Positions 8,508 through 18,249 of a DNA stretch of 63,083 nucleotides are shown one piece after another. Positions within the stretch are counted from its first letter, which is position 1; every line of letters begins with the position of its first letter. This DNA comes from Ignavibacteria bacterium. Its GTDB lineage: Bacteria > Elusimicrobiota > Endomicrobiia > PHAN01. The notes under the pieces are model-generated. The model was not told the DNA's origin, did not search any database, and worked only from the letters and a program-made list of their open reading frames with translations. The translations under genes and the position numbers were made by a program. Where the stretch lies: NCBI GenBank assembly GCA_041694835.1, contig JBGFRZ010000054.1:1-63083 (forward strand). The letters run 5' to 3'.

Positions 8508-10438
8508 AAAGAATAACTTTTTTGATAAAAGTGGTTTTTTCTACGGTTATTTTGATGAGACTCGCATCATCCATCTTTGCAAAAGAAATCCCGATAGGCA
8601 TAAATGCTGACAGCATTGAGTATGGTATCGATGCAGATTACATAACGGCGTGGGGCAACGTGCGAATAACACAGGATAAAGTTGAGATAACGGCGGATTA
8701 CGTTGAACTTCACATAAAAGAAAAAAAAATATTCGCGGAAGGCTCTGTCAGTATTAAGAGGGAAAACGTTAAACTTGAATTTTCATCTGGTACATACATC
8801 ACAGAAGATGAAACTTCGGAATCTTACGAGGTCTATGGGACGATGCCTCCGTGGATCTTCAAAGCGCGGAAAATGTCTTCGGGCAAAAACAGACACATCT
8901 GCATACATTCGCACATAACAACCTGCGAACTCGAAAAACCACACTACAAAGTCAAAGCGACGAAAATGATGATTGTTCCGGAAAAAATAATGACTGTAAA
9001 CAACGCTGTTTTCTATATAGGCGACGTTCCTGTTTTTTATCTTCCTTACTGGTGGCAATCTTTGGGCGAAAGCAGATTAAACCTAAAGGCGGAGCCGGGC
9101 CACAACTCTACGGACGGCCTCACATTAAGGACTATACTCTCATATCAATATAGCGATTTCCTTGAAGCGAAACTTCTCGTGGACTACTTTTCGAAAAGGG
9201 GAGTTGGGAAAGGTATGGAAACAAATTACCGAGTTCCTACGAAAATGAAATCTACACTTTATCTCTATCACATAAAAGAAGAAACAACCAGCGCCGAAAG
9301 ATGGCGCGCTCGGGGCTATTTGTGGCGGCAGATTTCAAATTTCTGGAGTGTTCAGTCTGAACTTAACTTTATGAGCGACGAGAATTTTAATCAGTCGTAT
9401 TTCAGAGAAAGCTGGAATTTCATCGAGAGAGAGATAAAAACGAATCTGTTTTTCACAAGACATACAAACTCTGGCATCCTGCGCTTGGGTGCTTCGAAAA
9501 GAGAGATATTTGATATCTCTAAAAACAAATATATACAAACGAGAGCCGTAATTCCGAGCGTTGAATACATAGGATATAAAAGGCACAGATACATTGGATT
9601 TTATCCCGAGTTTTCAGGATATTTGAAAAGAAGCTCCACGGGATATCAGGAGTCGTTTCTCTACGATATTCAATCCAAAATTTCCATTTCGCGACAGGAA
9701 CGCATCTTTAGAAACCTCACCCTCTCGCCGAACATCGGTTTCGCCGGAAATTTGACCGAAATTAAAAAAGATGACTTTAACTTCATAGGCAGGTATTATA
9801 TAGGCTCCGGAGCCAGATACTCACCTTTAAGAATAATAGATTTTGATTTTACCTATTCCTACAGGCAAAAAACATCTCCTAACGAAATGAAGGCGGATCC
9901 GTCTGGAGTCGAAAACAATCTGTTGAACATACAAATGTTTGCAGGACTCAAATCGGGTATGTACTGGAAAACTTCGGGCGGTTATGATTTTTTACTAAAA
10001 AACGAACTTCCACTTATAAACGAATTAAATCTCATCTACAAGAAAAACACACTCTATCTAAGACATCGGCAGGGACTTAAACCCTATAAATATCTGAACT
10101 CACAGATTTCATATTCCCACTCCGACATATTTTCTTTAAACGTATCACATAACAGCGACTCACCCGATATTATGGGCATTGGTGGAAGTTTAAGGGTAAG
10201 CGTTGGGGGCAAAACATCATTGGAATATTCAATAGCCGGGAATCTCAAAAAATCCATGTATAATCCGTTGTCACAGCAGGTTATCTTAAAACGCGACTTG
10301 CACTGCTGGGAAGGACAGTTAACATATAGAACCCGCGTCGGGTTTGAAGAGTTTTTATTGAGCTTAAACTTAAAAACAGCAACGTTCACCACCCCGCTCA
10401 AGAAAGACACCGATAATGAGTTTTACCCATGGAAATAA
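8504..10438 (+). CDS. lptD: LptD/OstA-like outer-membrane protein
   Basis: Signal peptide, an OstA-like N-terminal domain (ADSIEYG...AWGNVRITQDKVEITADYVELH) and a long beta-rich C-terminal region. The family call is by resemblance only. Confidence 0.55.
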   Translation: MKRITFLIKVVFSTVILMRLASSIFAKEIPIGINADSIEYGIDADYITAWGNVRITQDKVEITADYVELHIKEKKIFAEGSVSIKRENVKLEFSSGTYITEDETSESYEVYGTMPPWIFKARKMSSGKNRHICIHSHITTCELEKPHYKVKATKMMIVPEKIMTVNNAVFYIGDVPVFYLPYWWQSLGESRLNLKAEPGHNSTDGLTLRTILSYQYSDFLEAKLLVDYFSKRGVGKGMETNYRVPTKMKSTLYLYHIKEETTSAERWRARGYLWRQISNFWSVQSELNFMSDENFNQSYFRESWNFIEREIKTNLFFTRHTNSGILRLGASKREIFDISKNKYIQTRAVIPSVEYIGYKRHRYIGFYPEFSGYLKRSSTGYQESFLYDIQSKISISRQERIFRNLTLSPNIGFAGNLTEIKKDDFNFIGRYYIGSGARYSPLRIIDFDFTYSYRQKTSPNEMKADPSGVENNLLNIQMFAGLKSGMYWKTSGGYDFLLKNELPLINELNLIYKKNTLYLRHRQGLKPYKYLNSQISYSHSDIFSLNVSHNSDSPDIMGIGGSLRVSVGGKTSLEYSIAGNLKKSMYNPLSQQVILKRDLHCWEGQLTYRTRVGFEEFLLSLNLKTATFTTPLKKDTDNEFYPWK

Positions 10439-10519
10439 TTTAATTTTGTTTTTTTTGAAAAAAATGATAACATTTAATTTTGTGTTTACATTCTATATTC
10501 ATCAAACAGAGGAGATGGA

Positions 10520-11473
10520 ATGAAAGTACTTGTAACAGGTATAACCGGTTTTGTGGGAAGCCATATAGCGGAGTATCTGCTTAAAATGAAAGGCATAGAA
10601 ATTTTTGGGATAGTTCGCTGGCGCTCTGATATAGAAAATATAGAACGCATAAAAGACAAAATAAAACTTATTGAATGCGACTTGCGTGATTTTGTATCCG
10701 TAGAAAAAGCTCTTGGCGAAATAATGCCCGATAAGGTATTTCATCTGGCAGCGCAATCATTTGTTCTGACTTCATGGCACGCCCCTCAGGAGACAATCAC
10801 GACAAATATCATCGGACAACTCAACATATTTGAGGCGGTAAGAAAACTCAAAATAAATCCATATATACAAATAGCATGCTCATCGGAAGAATATGGGATG
10901 GTCTATCCCAGCGAGCTTCCAATAAAAGAGACAAATCCTCTAAGGCCTCTTTCACCATATGCCGTCTCAAAAGTTGGGCAAGATATGCTCGGATATCAGT
11001 ATAATCAATCATACGGATTAAAAATTGTAAGAACCCGTGGCTTCAATCACACGGGTCCACGAAGAGGCGAGGTTTTCGTCGAGAGTAACTTTGCAAAACA
11101 AATTGCTATGATTGAAAAAGGAAAGCAAAAACCTGTCATTTATGTCGGAAATCTTGAAGCAAGGCGTGATTACACTGATGTGCGCGATATGGTTAGAGGA
11201 TATTGGCTCGCCACAGAAAAATGCGAACCGGGGGAAGTGTATAACATCTGTTTGGGAAAAGATTGGTCCATCAAAGAAGTTCTTGATATACTTCTTTCCT
11301 ATAGCAAGGTCAAAGTAAAAGTTCAGCCGGAAGAAAGTCGTATGAGACCATCAGATGTAATGATTCTTCTTGGAGACAACTCCAAATTTTCAAAAGCCAC
11401 TGGATGGAAAACGGAGATTCCTTTTGAACAAACACTTAAAGACCTGCTGAATTACTGGAGAGAAAAAATCTAA
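10520..11473 (+). CDS. Extended SDR, GDP-4-dehydro-6-deoxy-D-mannose reductase (Rmd)-like / GDP-mannose dehydratase family
   Basis: VTGITGFVGSH, YAVSK and RGFNHTGPRRG, ~317 aa. The pattern resembles Rmd rather than full-length Gmd. Confidence 0.65.
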   Translation: MKVLVTGITGFVGSHIAEYLLKMKGIEIFGIVRWRSDIENIERIKDKIKLIECDLRDFVSVEKALGEIMPDKVFHLAAQSFVLTSWHAPQETITTNIIGQLNIFEAVRKLKINPYIQIACSSEEYGMVYPSELPIKETNPLRPLSPYAVSKVGQDMLGYQYNQSYGLKIVRTRGFNHTGPRRGEVFVESNFAKQIAMIEKGKQKPVIYVGNLEARRDYTDVRDMVRGYWLATEKCEPGEVYNICLGKDWSIKEVLDILLSYSKVKVKVQPEESRMRPSDVMILLGDNSKFSKATGWKTEIPFEQTLKDLLNYWREKI

Positions 11474-11477
11474 CAGC

Positions 11478-11742
11478 AATTAAAAATGCAAAATGCAAAA
11501 TGTAAAATTGTGGCAAAAAAACATTTTTAATAAAAAAAGAATTAAACCACAGATGAACACAGATGGACACAGATAGAAGATAAAATTACAAAAACAATCT
11601 GCGTGTATCTGCGTGAATCTGTGGTTCCAAAAATCTCAAATGCCTCCAACATTAAAATTAAATGGGAGCATGTCCATCTCTTTTTAGAGGACAGATATGA
11701 AATTGGGGAAGTTCCTTAATTTTGACTTTTGACTTTTTAATT
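11478..11742. repeat. Nested imperfect palindrome filling the whole intergenic gap
   Basis: Outer arms are aattaaaaatgcaaaatgcaaaat / aattttgacttttgactttttaatt. The inner hairpin is ccacagatgaacacagatggacacagat (11547-11574) / atctgcgtgtatctgcgtgaatctgtgg (11597-11624). Confidence 0.75.
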
Positions 11743-11750
11743 ATGCTGTT

Positions 11751-12812
11751 ATGAAAGCATTGATTTTATCCGGCGGCAAAGGAACTCGTCTTAGACCCAT
11801 CACTCATACTTTTGCAAAACAATTGGTCCCCGTCGCAAACAAGCCGATATTGTTTTACGGGGTCGAAGCAATAATTGATTGTGGAATAAAAGAAGTCGGT
11901 GTTGTCGTCGGTGATACCCGCAAGGAAATAGTAAACGCTCTCGGCGATGGTTCTAAGTGGGGGGTAAAAATAACTTACATTCAGCAGGAATCGCCGCTTG
12001 GTCTCGCTCACGCCGTCAAAATTTCAGAAAACTTTCTGAAAGACGAAGAGTTTGTAATGTATCTCGGCGACAACCTCATAAGAGACGGCATAAAGACATT
12101 TGTTGATGAGTTTAAAAAAGAAAAGCCAAATTCTCAGATACTTCTAGCGAAAGTTCCGAATCCGCAGCAGTTTGGCGTAGCCGAGTTAAAAGACGGTCAA
12201 GTCGAAAACTTGATAGAAAAACCAAAAGAACCCAAAAGTGATCTGGCACTTGTCGGAGTTTACATGTTTGACAAAAATATATTCAAAGCGGTTAACTCGA
12301 TAAAACCATCCTGGCGGGGAGAACTTGAGATAACCGACGCTATACAGTATCTTATCGACAACGGTTACGAAGTCCATCCTCACATAATAGAAGGTTGGTG
12401 GAAGGACACGGGAAAACTTGAAGACATGCTTGAGGCAAACAGAATTATTCTGCAAAAGAAAAAACTCGATATATCTGGCATGATAGACAACTTCTCAAAA
12501 ATCGACGGAGAAGTGGTCGTGGAAAATGGAGCAGAAATTATTAACAGCCATGTAAGGGGTCCGGCAATCATCGGCGAAAACACAAAAATCGTCAATTCTT
12601 ATATTGGACCTTATACATCGATTTATTACAATGTGATTATCGAAAACTCGGAAATCGAACACTCAATCGTCCTGGAAAACTCAAAAATAAAAGACATCAA
12701 ACGGCTGGAAGATTCACTTATAGGACAAAATGTGGAACTCTCAAAAACCGAGAAAAAACCGCTTGCATACAGGATAATGGTCGGCGACTCGTCTAAAGTT
12801 GAAATAGTATAA
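11751..12812 (+). CDS. rfbA: Glucose-1-phosphate thymidylyltransferase, long form with C-terminal left-handed beta-helix
   Basis: ILSGGKGTRLRPITHT, 353 aa with a hexapeptide-repeat tail. Lies in the rml context. Confidence 0.8.
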   Translation: MKALILSGGKGTRLRPITHTFAKQLVPVANKPILFYGVEAIIDCGIKEVGVVVGDTRKEIVNALGDGSKWGVKITYIQQESPLGLAHAVKISENFLKDEEFVMYLGDNLIRDGIKTFVDEFKKEKPNSQILLAKVPNPQQFGVAELKDGQVENLIEKPKEPKSDLALVGVYMFDKNIFKAVNSIKPSWRGELEITDAIQYLIDNGYEVHPHIIEGWWKDTGKLEDMLEANRIILQKKKLDISGMIDNFSKIDGEVVVENGAEIINSHVRGPAIIGENTKIVNSYIGPYTSIYYNVIIENSEIEHSIVLENSKIKDIKRLEDSLIGQNVELSKTEKKPLAYRIMVGDSSKVEIV

Positions 12813-12825
12813 GAAATTTATTTTT

Positions 12826-12941
12826 GGAACGCAGATAAACGCAGAAATGTCATTCCCGTGAAAACGGGAATCTATTGCTATGGATTCCCAATAGAGCCAT
12901 TTGGGAATGACACTTCGTGTCATCTGCGAAAATCTGCGTCC
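12826..12941. repeat. acgcaga-word hairpin with inner hairpins
   Basis: ggaacgcagataaacgcagaaatg ... catctgcgaaaatctgcgtcc, with inner hairpin attcccgtgaaaacgggaat. The related sequence gggaatgacac(t)ttgtgtcatctgcgaaaatctgcgtcc recurs at about 18750. Confidence 0.85.
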
Positions 12942-12950
12942 TATATTGAT

Positions 12951-13397
12951 ATGATAAAAGGCGTATCACTAAAAAAATTGACTGTTCATGAAGACGAAAG
13001 GGGGGCACTGTTTGAAATACTTCGTTCCGACTGGCCCGAGTTTAAAAAATTCGGACAGACATACATAACCGTCTGCAAACCCGGATGGGTGAAGGGATGG
13101 CATTTTCACAAAAAACAAACGGACAACTTCTGCGTCTTAAAAGGCAAGGCGAAAATAGTGTTAATCGATTCTCGGAAGAAAAAGTTTATGGAGTTTATTC
13201 TCACGGACAAGGGACCATCTTTGCTGACAATTCCAGCAAAAGTCGTCCACGGATTTGAATGTCTTTCAAAAGCAGAAAGTTGGATATTGAATATTCCAAA
13301 TCGTCTTTACAACTACAAAAAGCCCGACGAATACAGAATCAAACTCGACGACCCGTCCATTCCGTATAGAGTGTGGAAAAAAAAGAAGGGATGGTAA
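12951..13397 (+). CDS. Short RmlC-like cupin (dTDP-4-dehydrorhamnose 3,5-epimerase family)
   Basis: HEDERGALFE and GWHFHK motifs. Start set at ATG 12951, because the track start 12858 lies in the repeat. Confidence 0.7.
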   Translation: MIKGVSLKKLTVHEDERGALFEILRSDWPEFKKFGQTYITVCKPGWVKGWHFHKKQTDNFCVLKGKAKIVLIDSRKKKFMEFILTDKGPSLLTIPAKVVHGFECLSKAESWILNIPNRLYNYKKPDEYRIKLDDPSIPYRVWKKKKGW

Positions 13398-13444
13398 AAA
13401 CCATTGGCCGCAAAGTTCGCAAAGAACGCAGAGAGATTGGCGAA

Positions 13445-13523
13445 TAGAGCATAAAAGACAGAGCACAAGAGCACAAGTCATAAGAGCACAAGTTTTGACT
13501 TATGCACTTAAGCACTTGTGCAC
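13445..13523. repeat. gcacaag-word hairpin
   Basis: agagcacaagagcacaagtcataagagcacaagttttgacttatgcacttaagcacttgtgcac. It shares a ~40-nt core with 20940-20985. Confidence 0.8.
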
Positions 13524-13541
13524 TAATATTTAGAGGATGTA

Positions 13542-14501
13542 ATGAAACTTTTAATTACCGGCGGAGCGGGGTTTATCGGTTCTAACATCGTAGAAGAATT
13601 GTTGAGGCGAAAATACTTCGTCAGAGTGCTCGACAATTTTTCTACGGGCAAAAGAGAAAACCTTGATTTTTCTCCATCGCTCCATCGCTCCATCGCTTCA
13701 TCGCTTGAAGTTATCGAAGGCGATATAAGAGAAAAAAAAGACCTTCGAAAATCTCTGAAGAGAATTGATGTGGTCCTGCATCAGGCGGCGCTTCGTTCCG
13801 TGCCACGCTCGGTTGACGACCCATTAAGCACGAACGAGGTTAATATCACTGGAACCCTCAATCTTCTTTTGGAAGCAAAAAATGCGGGGGTCAAACGAGT
13901 TGTTTATGCTTCTTCTTCGTCGGTTTACGGAGACAGCAACATTCTTCCGCAGAAAGAAACGCAAAAAACCGCCCCGATTTCCCCGTACGCGGCGAGCAAA
14001 CTCGCAGGTGAGGATTACTGCAGGGTTTTTTCAAAGACATTTGGTCTTGAAACAATCTCTCTGAGATATTTCAATGTTTTTGGACCAAAACAAGACCCCG
14101 AATCAAAATACGCTGCTGTGATTCCGAAGTTTATTGAATCTGCTCTTAGAAATGAACCGCTTGAAGTTCACGGAGACGGAAAACAATCGAGGGATTTTTC
14201 ATACATAGACAATGTCGTAGACGCAAACATATTGGCCGCATTGGCACCTTCAAGTATTGCCAAAAAAGGAGAAATTTTCAACATCGCCTGCGGCGAAAGT
14301 CACTCGTTGCTTGAAATCATCAAACTTCTTGAAACATTGTCGCGCAAAAAACTAAAAAAAAATCATACGCATCCGCGCGCTGGTGATGTCAGAAAAACCT
14401 GGGCAGACATATCGAAAGTGAAAAAACTTCTCAAATATAAAGTTCTCGTAGATTTTGAGAAAGGAATATCACGGACATTTGAGTGGTTTAAAAATAGTTA
14501 G
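13542..14501 (+). CDS. NAD-dependent nucleotide-sugar 4-epimerase (WbpP/TviC-like)
   Basis: [16 protein letters not shown] and LDNFSTGKRENL. Contains the octamer repeat at 13673-13704. Confidence 0.8.
   Translation: MKLLITGGAGFIGSNIVEELLRRKYFVRVLDNFSTGKRENLDFSPSLHRSIASSLEVIEGDIREKKDLRKSLKRIDVVLHQAALRSVPRSVDDPLSTNEVNITGTLNLLLEAKNAGVKRVVYASSSSVYGDSNILPQKETQKTAPISPYAASKLAGEDYCRVFSKTFGLETISLRYFNVFGPKQDPESKYAAVIPKFIESALRNEPLEVHGDGKQSRDFSYIDNVVDANILAALAPSSIAKKGEIFNIACGESHSLLEIIKLLETLSRKKLKKNHTHPRAGDVRKTWADISKVKKLLKYKVLVDFEKGISRTFEWFKNS
13673..13704 (+). repeat. Tandem octanucleotide repeat inside a CDS (tccatcgc x3 + ttcatcgc)
   Basis: Read directly as tccatcgc tccatcgc tccatcgc ttcatcgc. It encodes PSLHRSIASS. 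Confidence 0.9.
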
Positions 14502-14578
14502 TGGATGGCGACTTGTTAGTGACTGGTGACTTGTGGCTAGTGGCTGGAGGAAATGAGCAACGAGCCACGAGCCACTTA
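14500..14578. repeat. Word hairpin (gtgac / gtggct words)
   Basis: gtggctagtggctgg (14534-14548) pairs with cgagccacgagccac (14561-14575). Confidence 0.7.
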
Positions 14579-14592
14579 TTTTTGGATATACA

Positions 14593-15618
14593 ATGAAAAT
14601 TTTAGTTACCGGCGGGGCGGGATTTATCGGTTCAAATTTTATCAGATACATTCTGGAAAAATACAAAAATTATAAAATAATCAATCTTGACAAACTCACT
14701 TACGCCAGCAATCCTGACAATTTAACAGATGTGGAAATAAAATATGGAGAGCGGAAAGCGGGAAGCGAAAAGCGTTATACTTTTATCAAAGGTGACATCT
14801 GCGACTTGAAAACAGTCGATAAAATCGCAAAAGATGTCGACTGTTTAGTCAATTTCGCTGCAGAAACCCATGTCGACCGCTCGATAATTGAAGCGGGTTC
14901 GTTCGTTATGACTGATGTTTTTGGCACATATAATTTACTTGAAGCCGTCAAAAAATACAAAATAAAAAGACACATACAAATATCGACCGATGAGGTCTAC
15001 GGTTCAATAGAAAAAGGTTCGTTCACGGAGGAAAGTCCGCTTCAACCCAACAGTCCTTATGCCTCTTCAAAAGCCGGTGGGGACTTGCTTTGTCGCTCGT
15101 ATTTTGTCACATACAAACTGCCCATCATTATTACTCGCGCATCAAACAATTTTGGTCCTTATCAGTATCCGGAAAAAATTGTTCCTCTATTTGTCACAAA
15201 TGCAATCGAAAACAAACCCTTGCCTCTTTACGGCGACGGAAAAAATGTCCGCGACTGGCTCTATGTCCTCGACCATTGCGAAGGTATAGATGTCGTCTTA
15301 CACAAAGGAAAAATCGGCGAGGTCTATAATATCGGTGGGGGAAATGAGGTGCAAAATATCGCATTGACAAGAATGATTTTAAATATTTTGGACAAACCTC
15401 CGTCTCTCATAAAACCAGTCGCCGATAGATTGGGGCATGACAGACGATACTCGTTAAAATGCGAAAAAATTAAAAAACTGGGATGGAAGCCAACAAAAAA
15501 TTTTGAGCCGCTGCTTGAAACAACCGTAAAATGGTACACGGAAAACAAAAATTGGTGGAAAAAATTAAAAAACAAGGATTTTCAAAAGTATTACAAAAAA
15601 CAATATAAGGCAATGTAG
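14593..15618 (+). CDS. rfbB: dTDP-glucose 4,6-dehydratase
   Basis: [28 protein letters not shown] and GDGKNVRDWLYV. Confidence 0.92.
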   Translation: MKILVTGGAGFIGSNFIRYILEKYKNYKIINLDKLTYASNPDNLTDVEIKYGERKAGSEKRYTFIKGDICDLKTVDKIAKDVDCLVNFAAETHVDRSIIEAGSFVMTDVFGTYNLLEAVKKYKIKRHIQISTDEVYGSIEKGSFTEESPLQPNSPYASSKAGGDLLCRSYFVTYKLPIIITRASNNFGPYQYPEKIVPLFVTNAIENKPLPLYGDGKNVRDWLYVLDHCEGIDVVLHKGKIGEVYNIGGGNEVQNIALTRMILNILDKPPSLIKPVADRLGHDRRYSLKCEKIKKLGWKPTKNFEPLLETTVKWYTENKNWWKKLKNKDFQKYYKKQYKAM

Positions 15619-15746
15619 TTGCTGATTTATCAGCGCTGTTGTAATGCGATGCAATTGTAGCGGGTGAATTGCTATTCGCCAAATATGTTGATGTCTATGC
15701 AATAATTTGCGGGATAGTAATCCCGCCGCTACATAATCCTAAAAAC

Positions 15747-16687
15747 ATGAAAATACTAATCACCGGAATATCGGGAATGCTGGGTTTGGACCTGTGGGAA
15801 GAATTTTCGGACGATTCTGATTTAGAGTTATTTGGTTTAGACCTGCACAAACCCGAATTTCTTCCCAAAGAAAATCATATCCAGTGCGACATATCGGATT
15901 TTGAAGACACTTATCGGAAAGTTACAAAAATAAACCCCGATTTAATAATCCACACAGCCGTAATGTCAGATGTTGATGAATGCGAGAAAAATCAATCGGC
16001 GGCTTTCAAAATAAACGCACTTGGCACAAGAAATTTGGCTATTGCCGCTCAGAGATTCGATTCAGTTATACTCTACATATCGACGGACTATGTCTTCGGA
16101 GGCAGTCCCCCGACAATCCCGTTAACGCGTGACGGGGGCAGGCAAAACGAATATCGTGAATACGATGAGACCTCACCGATTAACGCTTACGGACTCTCTA
16201 AACTCTGGGGGGAGTTTTATGTCCGCGATCTGTGCAATAAATTTTATATAATCCGCACATCGTGGCTGTTTGGTAAAAAAAAGGAAAACTTTATTTCAAC
16301 CGCAGCAGTCGGTAAAGGTGTGATGGCAGCAGAAGATATGGTAGGCAGTCCGACTTATACCAAAGATTTATCACAAGCCATCAAAGTTTTGCTCTCAACT
16401 CCCTGCTCGACGGATGGCAGGTGGGGCAACTCTCAACTGGTCGCTACGGCATTTACCACATTACAAACAGCGGTTACGTTTCAAGGTATGAAATAGCGAA
16501 ATATGTCGCAAACCTAAAAGGAATACCTCATTCACAAATAAAAAAAGTCAAATTGGACGAATTAAAACTCGCGGCAAAAAGACCTTCTTTTTCCACTCTC
16601 GAAAATTTCGTGTGGAAAATAGAAGGATTTAAACCGCTGCGAACGTGGCAGGACGCAGTTGCAGATTATCTGCGGGAAAATACTTGA
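15747..16687 (+). pseudogene. rfbD: dTDP-4-dehydrorhamnose reductase interrupted by a 38-nt frame-shifting insertion
   Basis: ORF 15669..16496 (MKILITGISGMLG from ATG 15747) and ORF 16421..16687 (GIYHITNSGYVSRYEIAKYV) are the two halves. Removing 16401-16438 restores KVLLSTGRYGIYH in frame. Confidence 0.85.
16401..16438 (+). other. 38-nt insertion (29 nt plus a second copy of the 9-nt ctctcaact)
   Basis: ctctcaact occurs at 16392-16400 and 16430-16438, flanking ccctgctcgacggatggcaggtggggcaa. Confidence 0.85.
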
Positions 16688-16835
16688 TCATCCCGATAGA
16701 CATCGGGATAAACTCCTGACACGGATTACACGGAACATCGTTGAAACCACAGATGAACACTGATGCACACGGATAAGAATTATCTGCGAAAATCTGTGTG
16801 CATCCCGCCAGGTCGGGACAAGTTATGTGGGGACA
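16688..16835. repeat. String of small hairpins / word repeats
   Basis: atcccgatagacatcgggat; ccacagatgaacactgatgcacacgg...atctgcgaaaatctgtgtgcatc; cccgccaggtcggg. Confidence 0.75.
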
Positions 16836-16839
16836 AAAT

Positions 16840-18132
16840 ATGAAAAATGTTTGCGTAATTGGTACGGGATATGTTGGACTGGTCACCGGCACATGCCTTG
16901 CTGAAGTCGGGCATAAAGTCATTTGTGTCGACAGCGACGAAGAAAAAATAAAAAAACTCAAGAAAAATATAAGTCCTATATATGAAACGGGGCTGGAAGA
17001 ATTGCTCAAAAAGAACACCAAGAAAAAAAACCTGAGTTTTACGACAAAAATATCGGAAGGCGTAAAAAAATCTGAAATCATTTTTATTGCCGTCGGCACA
17101 CCTCCACGACAAGATGGTTCTGCTGACCTCTCATACATTGAGCGGGTTGCCCGTGAAATCGCCCAAAATATGAACTCTTATCGACTGGTCGTGGATAAAT
17201 CGACGGTTCCCGTTGAAACCGGCGAGAGGGTGCAGGAAACAATCAGACGAAATCTCAGAAAAAATACTCCCTTCGATGTCGCCTCAAACCCCGAATTTTT
17301 AAGAGAAGGGTCTGCAATTTACGATACATTCCATTCTGACAGAATAGTCATCGGCGTCGGTTCAAAACGAGCGGAACAAATTCTAAAAGAACTTTATTCG
17401 CCGTTTAAGTCGCCAATTCTTGTGACGGATATAAAGAGCGCGGAGATTATCAAACACGCATCAAACTCATTCCTTGCCATGAAAATCTCGTTTATAAACG
17501 GCGTTGCCAATATTTGTGAACGCGCAGGCGCGGATATTAAAAGAGTCGCCGAGGGAATGGGATTGGACAAACGAATTGGCGGAAGTTTTCTTGATGCAGG
17601 CATTGGTTTTGGTGGATTCTGTTTTCCGAAAGACCTTGAAGCATTTATGTGGATTTCAAAAAAAATGGGGTATGACTTTGAATTGCTTAAAGCGGTAAGG
17701 GCTCTCAACGAGGAACAGAAAAAAATATTTGTAAAAAAAATAGAAGACACTATGTGGGTACTCAAAGACAAAACCATAGGAGTGCTTGGACTTGCATTTA
17801 AGCCGAACACCGACGATATGAGGTTTGCTCCTTCCATTGACATAATAAACGCTCTTCAGTCCGATGGGGCAAAAATAAAAGCATACGACCCTGCGGCGAT
17901 GGGGAAAGCAAAAAGTATTTTAAGGAACATCCAATACTGTAAAAACCCTTACGAAGTTGCAAAAAATTCGGATTGTCTTGTACTCATTACCGAGTGGGAT
18001 GAGTTCAAAAAAATGGACCTGAAAAAAATTAAAAAATCGCTGAACCACCCGATAATCATCGACGGAAGAAATACATTTGAACCAGAAGAGATGAAAAATC
18101 TGGGCTTCGTATATAAATGCATCGGCAGATGA
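16840..18132 (+). CDS. ugd: UDP-glucose 6-dehydrogenase
   Basis: MKNVCVIGTGYVGLV and GFGGFCFPKD (catalytic Cys). Start at ATG 16840. Confidence 0.92.
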   Translation: MKNVCVIGTGYVGLVTGTCLAEVGHKVICVDSDEEKIKKLKKNISPIYETGLEELLKKNTKKKNLSFTTKISEGVKKSEIIFIAVGTPPRQDGSADLSYIERVAREIAQNMNSYRLVVDKSTVPVETGERVQETIRRNLRKNTPFDVASNPEFLREGSAIYDTFHSDRIVIGVGSKRAEQILKELYSPFKSPILVTDIKSAEIIKHASNSFLAMKISFINGVANICERAGADIKRVAEGMGLDKRIGGSFLDAGIGFGGFCFPKDLEAFMWISKKMGYDFELLKAVRALNEEQKKIFVKKIEDTMWVLKDKTIGVLGLAFKPNTDDMRFAPSIDIINALQSDGAKIKAYDPAAMGKAKSILRNIQYCKNPYEVAKNSDCLVLITEWDEFKKMDLKKIKKSLNHPIIIDGRNTFEPEEMKNLGFVYKCIGR

Positions 18133-18249
18133 TATTGTAGTTGCCAACCTTGGTCGACAAAAACAGGTAATCGGCAATCAGTTATCGGTAATCGGTGAAC
18201 GATGAGTGGTCATGCCTTGGTGGGATAGTTTATCAGCTCTCTATATAAA

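Noticed and set aside
8721-8729. Homopolymer tracts as phase-variation switches: A9 in the lptD-like gene at 8721-8729, G8 at 50593-50600 in the gltD-like gene, T9 at 28982-28990 in wzx, and T9 at 32706-32714 in the wzy-like gene.
   Set aside because: Runs of this length are expected by chance in such AT-rich DNA, and all are currently in frame. Without read-level length variation there is nothing to support switching.
12858-12950. N-terminal extensions offered by the ORF track: 12858 (rmlC-like), 15669 (rfbD), 16798 (ugd), 1067 (trpC), 2801 (trpB), 28175 (wzx), 38513 (GT4) and 56087.
   Set aside because: The extensions run through repeat hairpins or overlap the preceding gene. Internal ATG/GTG starts align with the conserved N-termini (for example GxGxxG motifs a few residues from the start).
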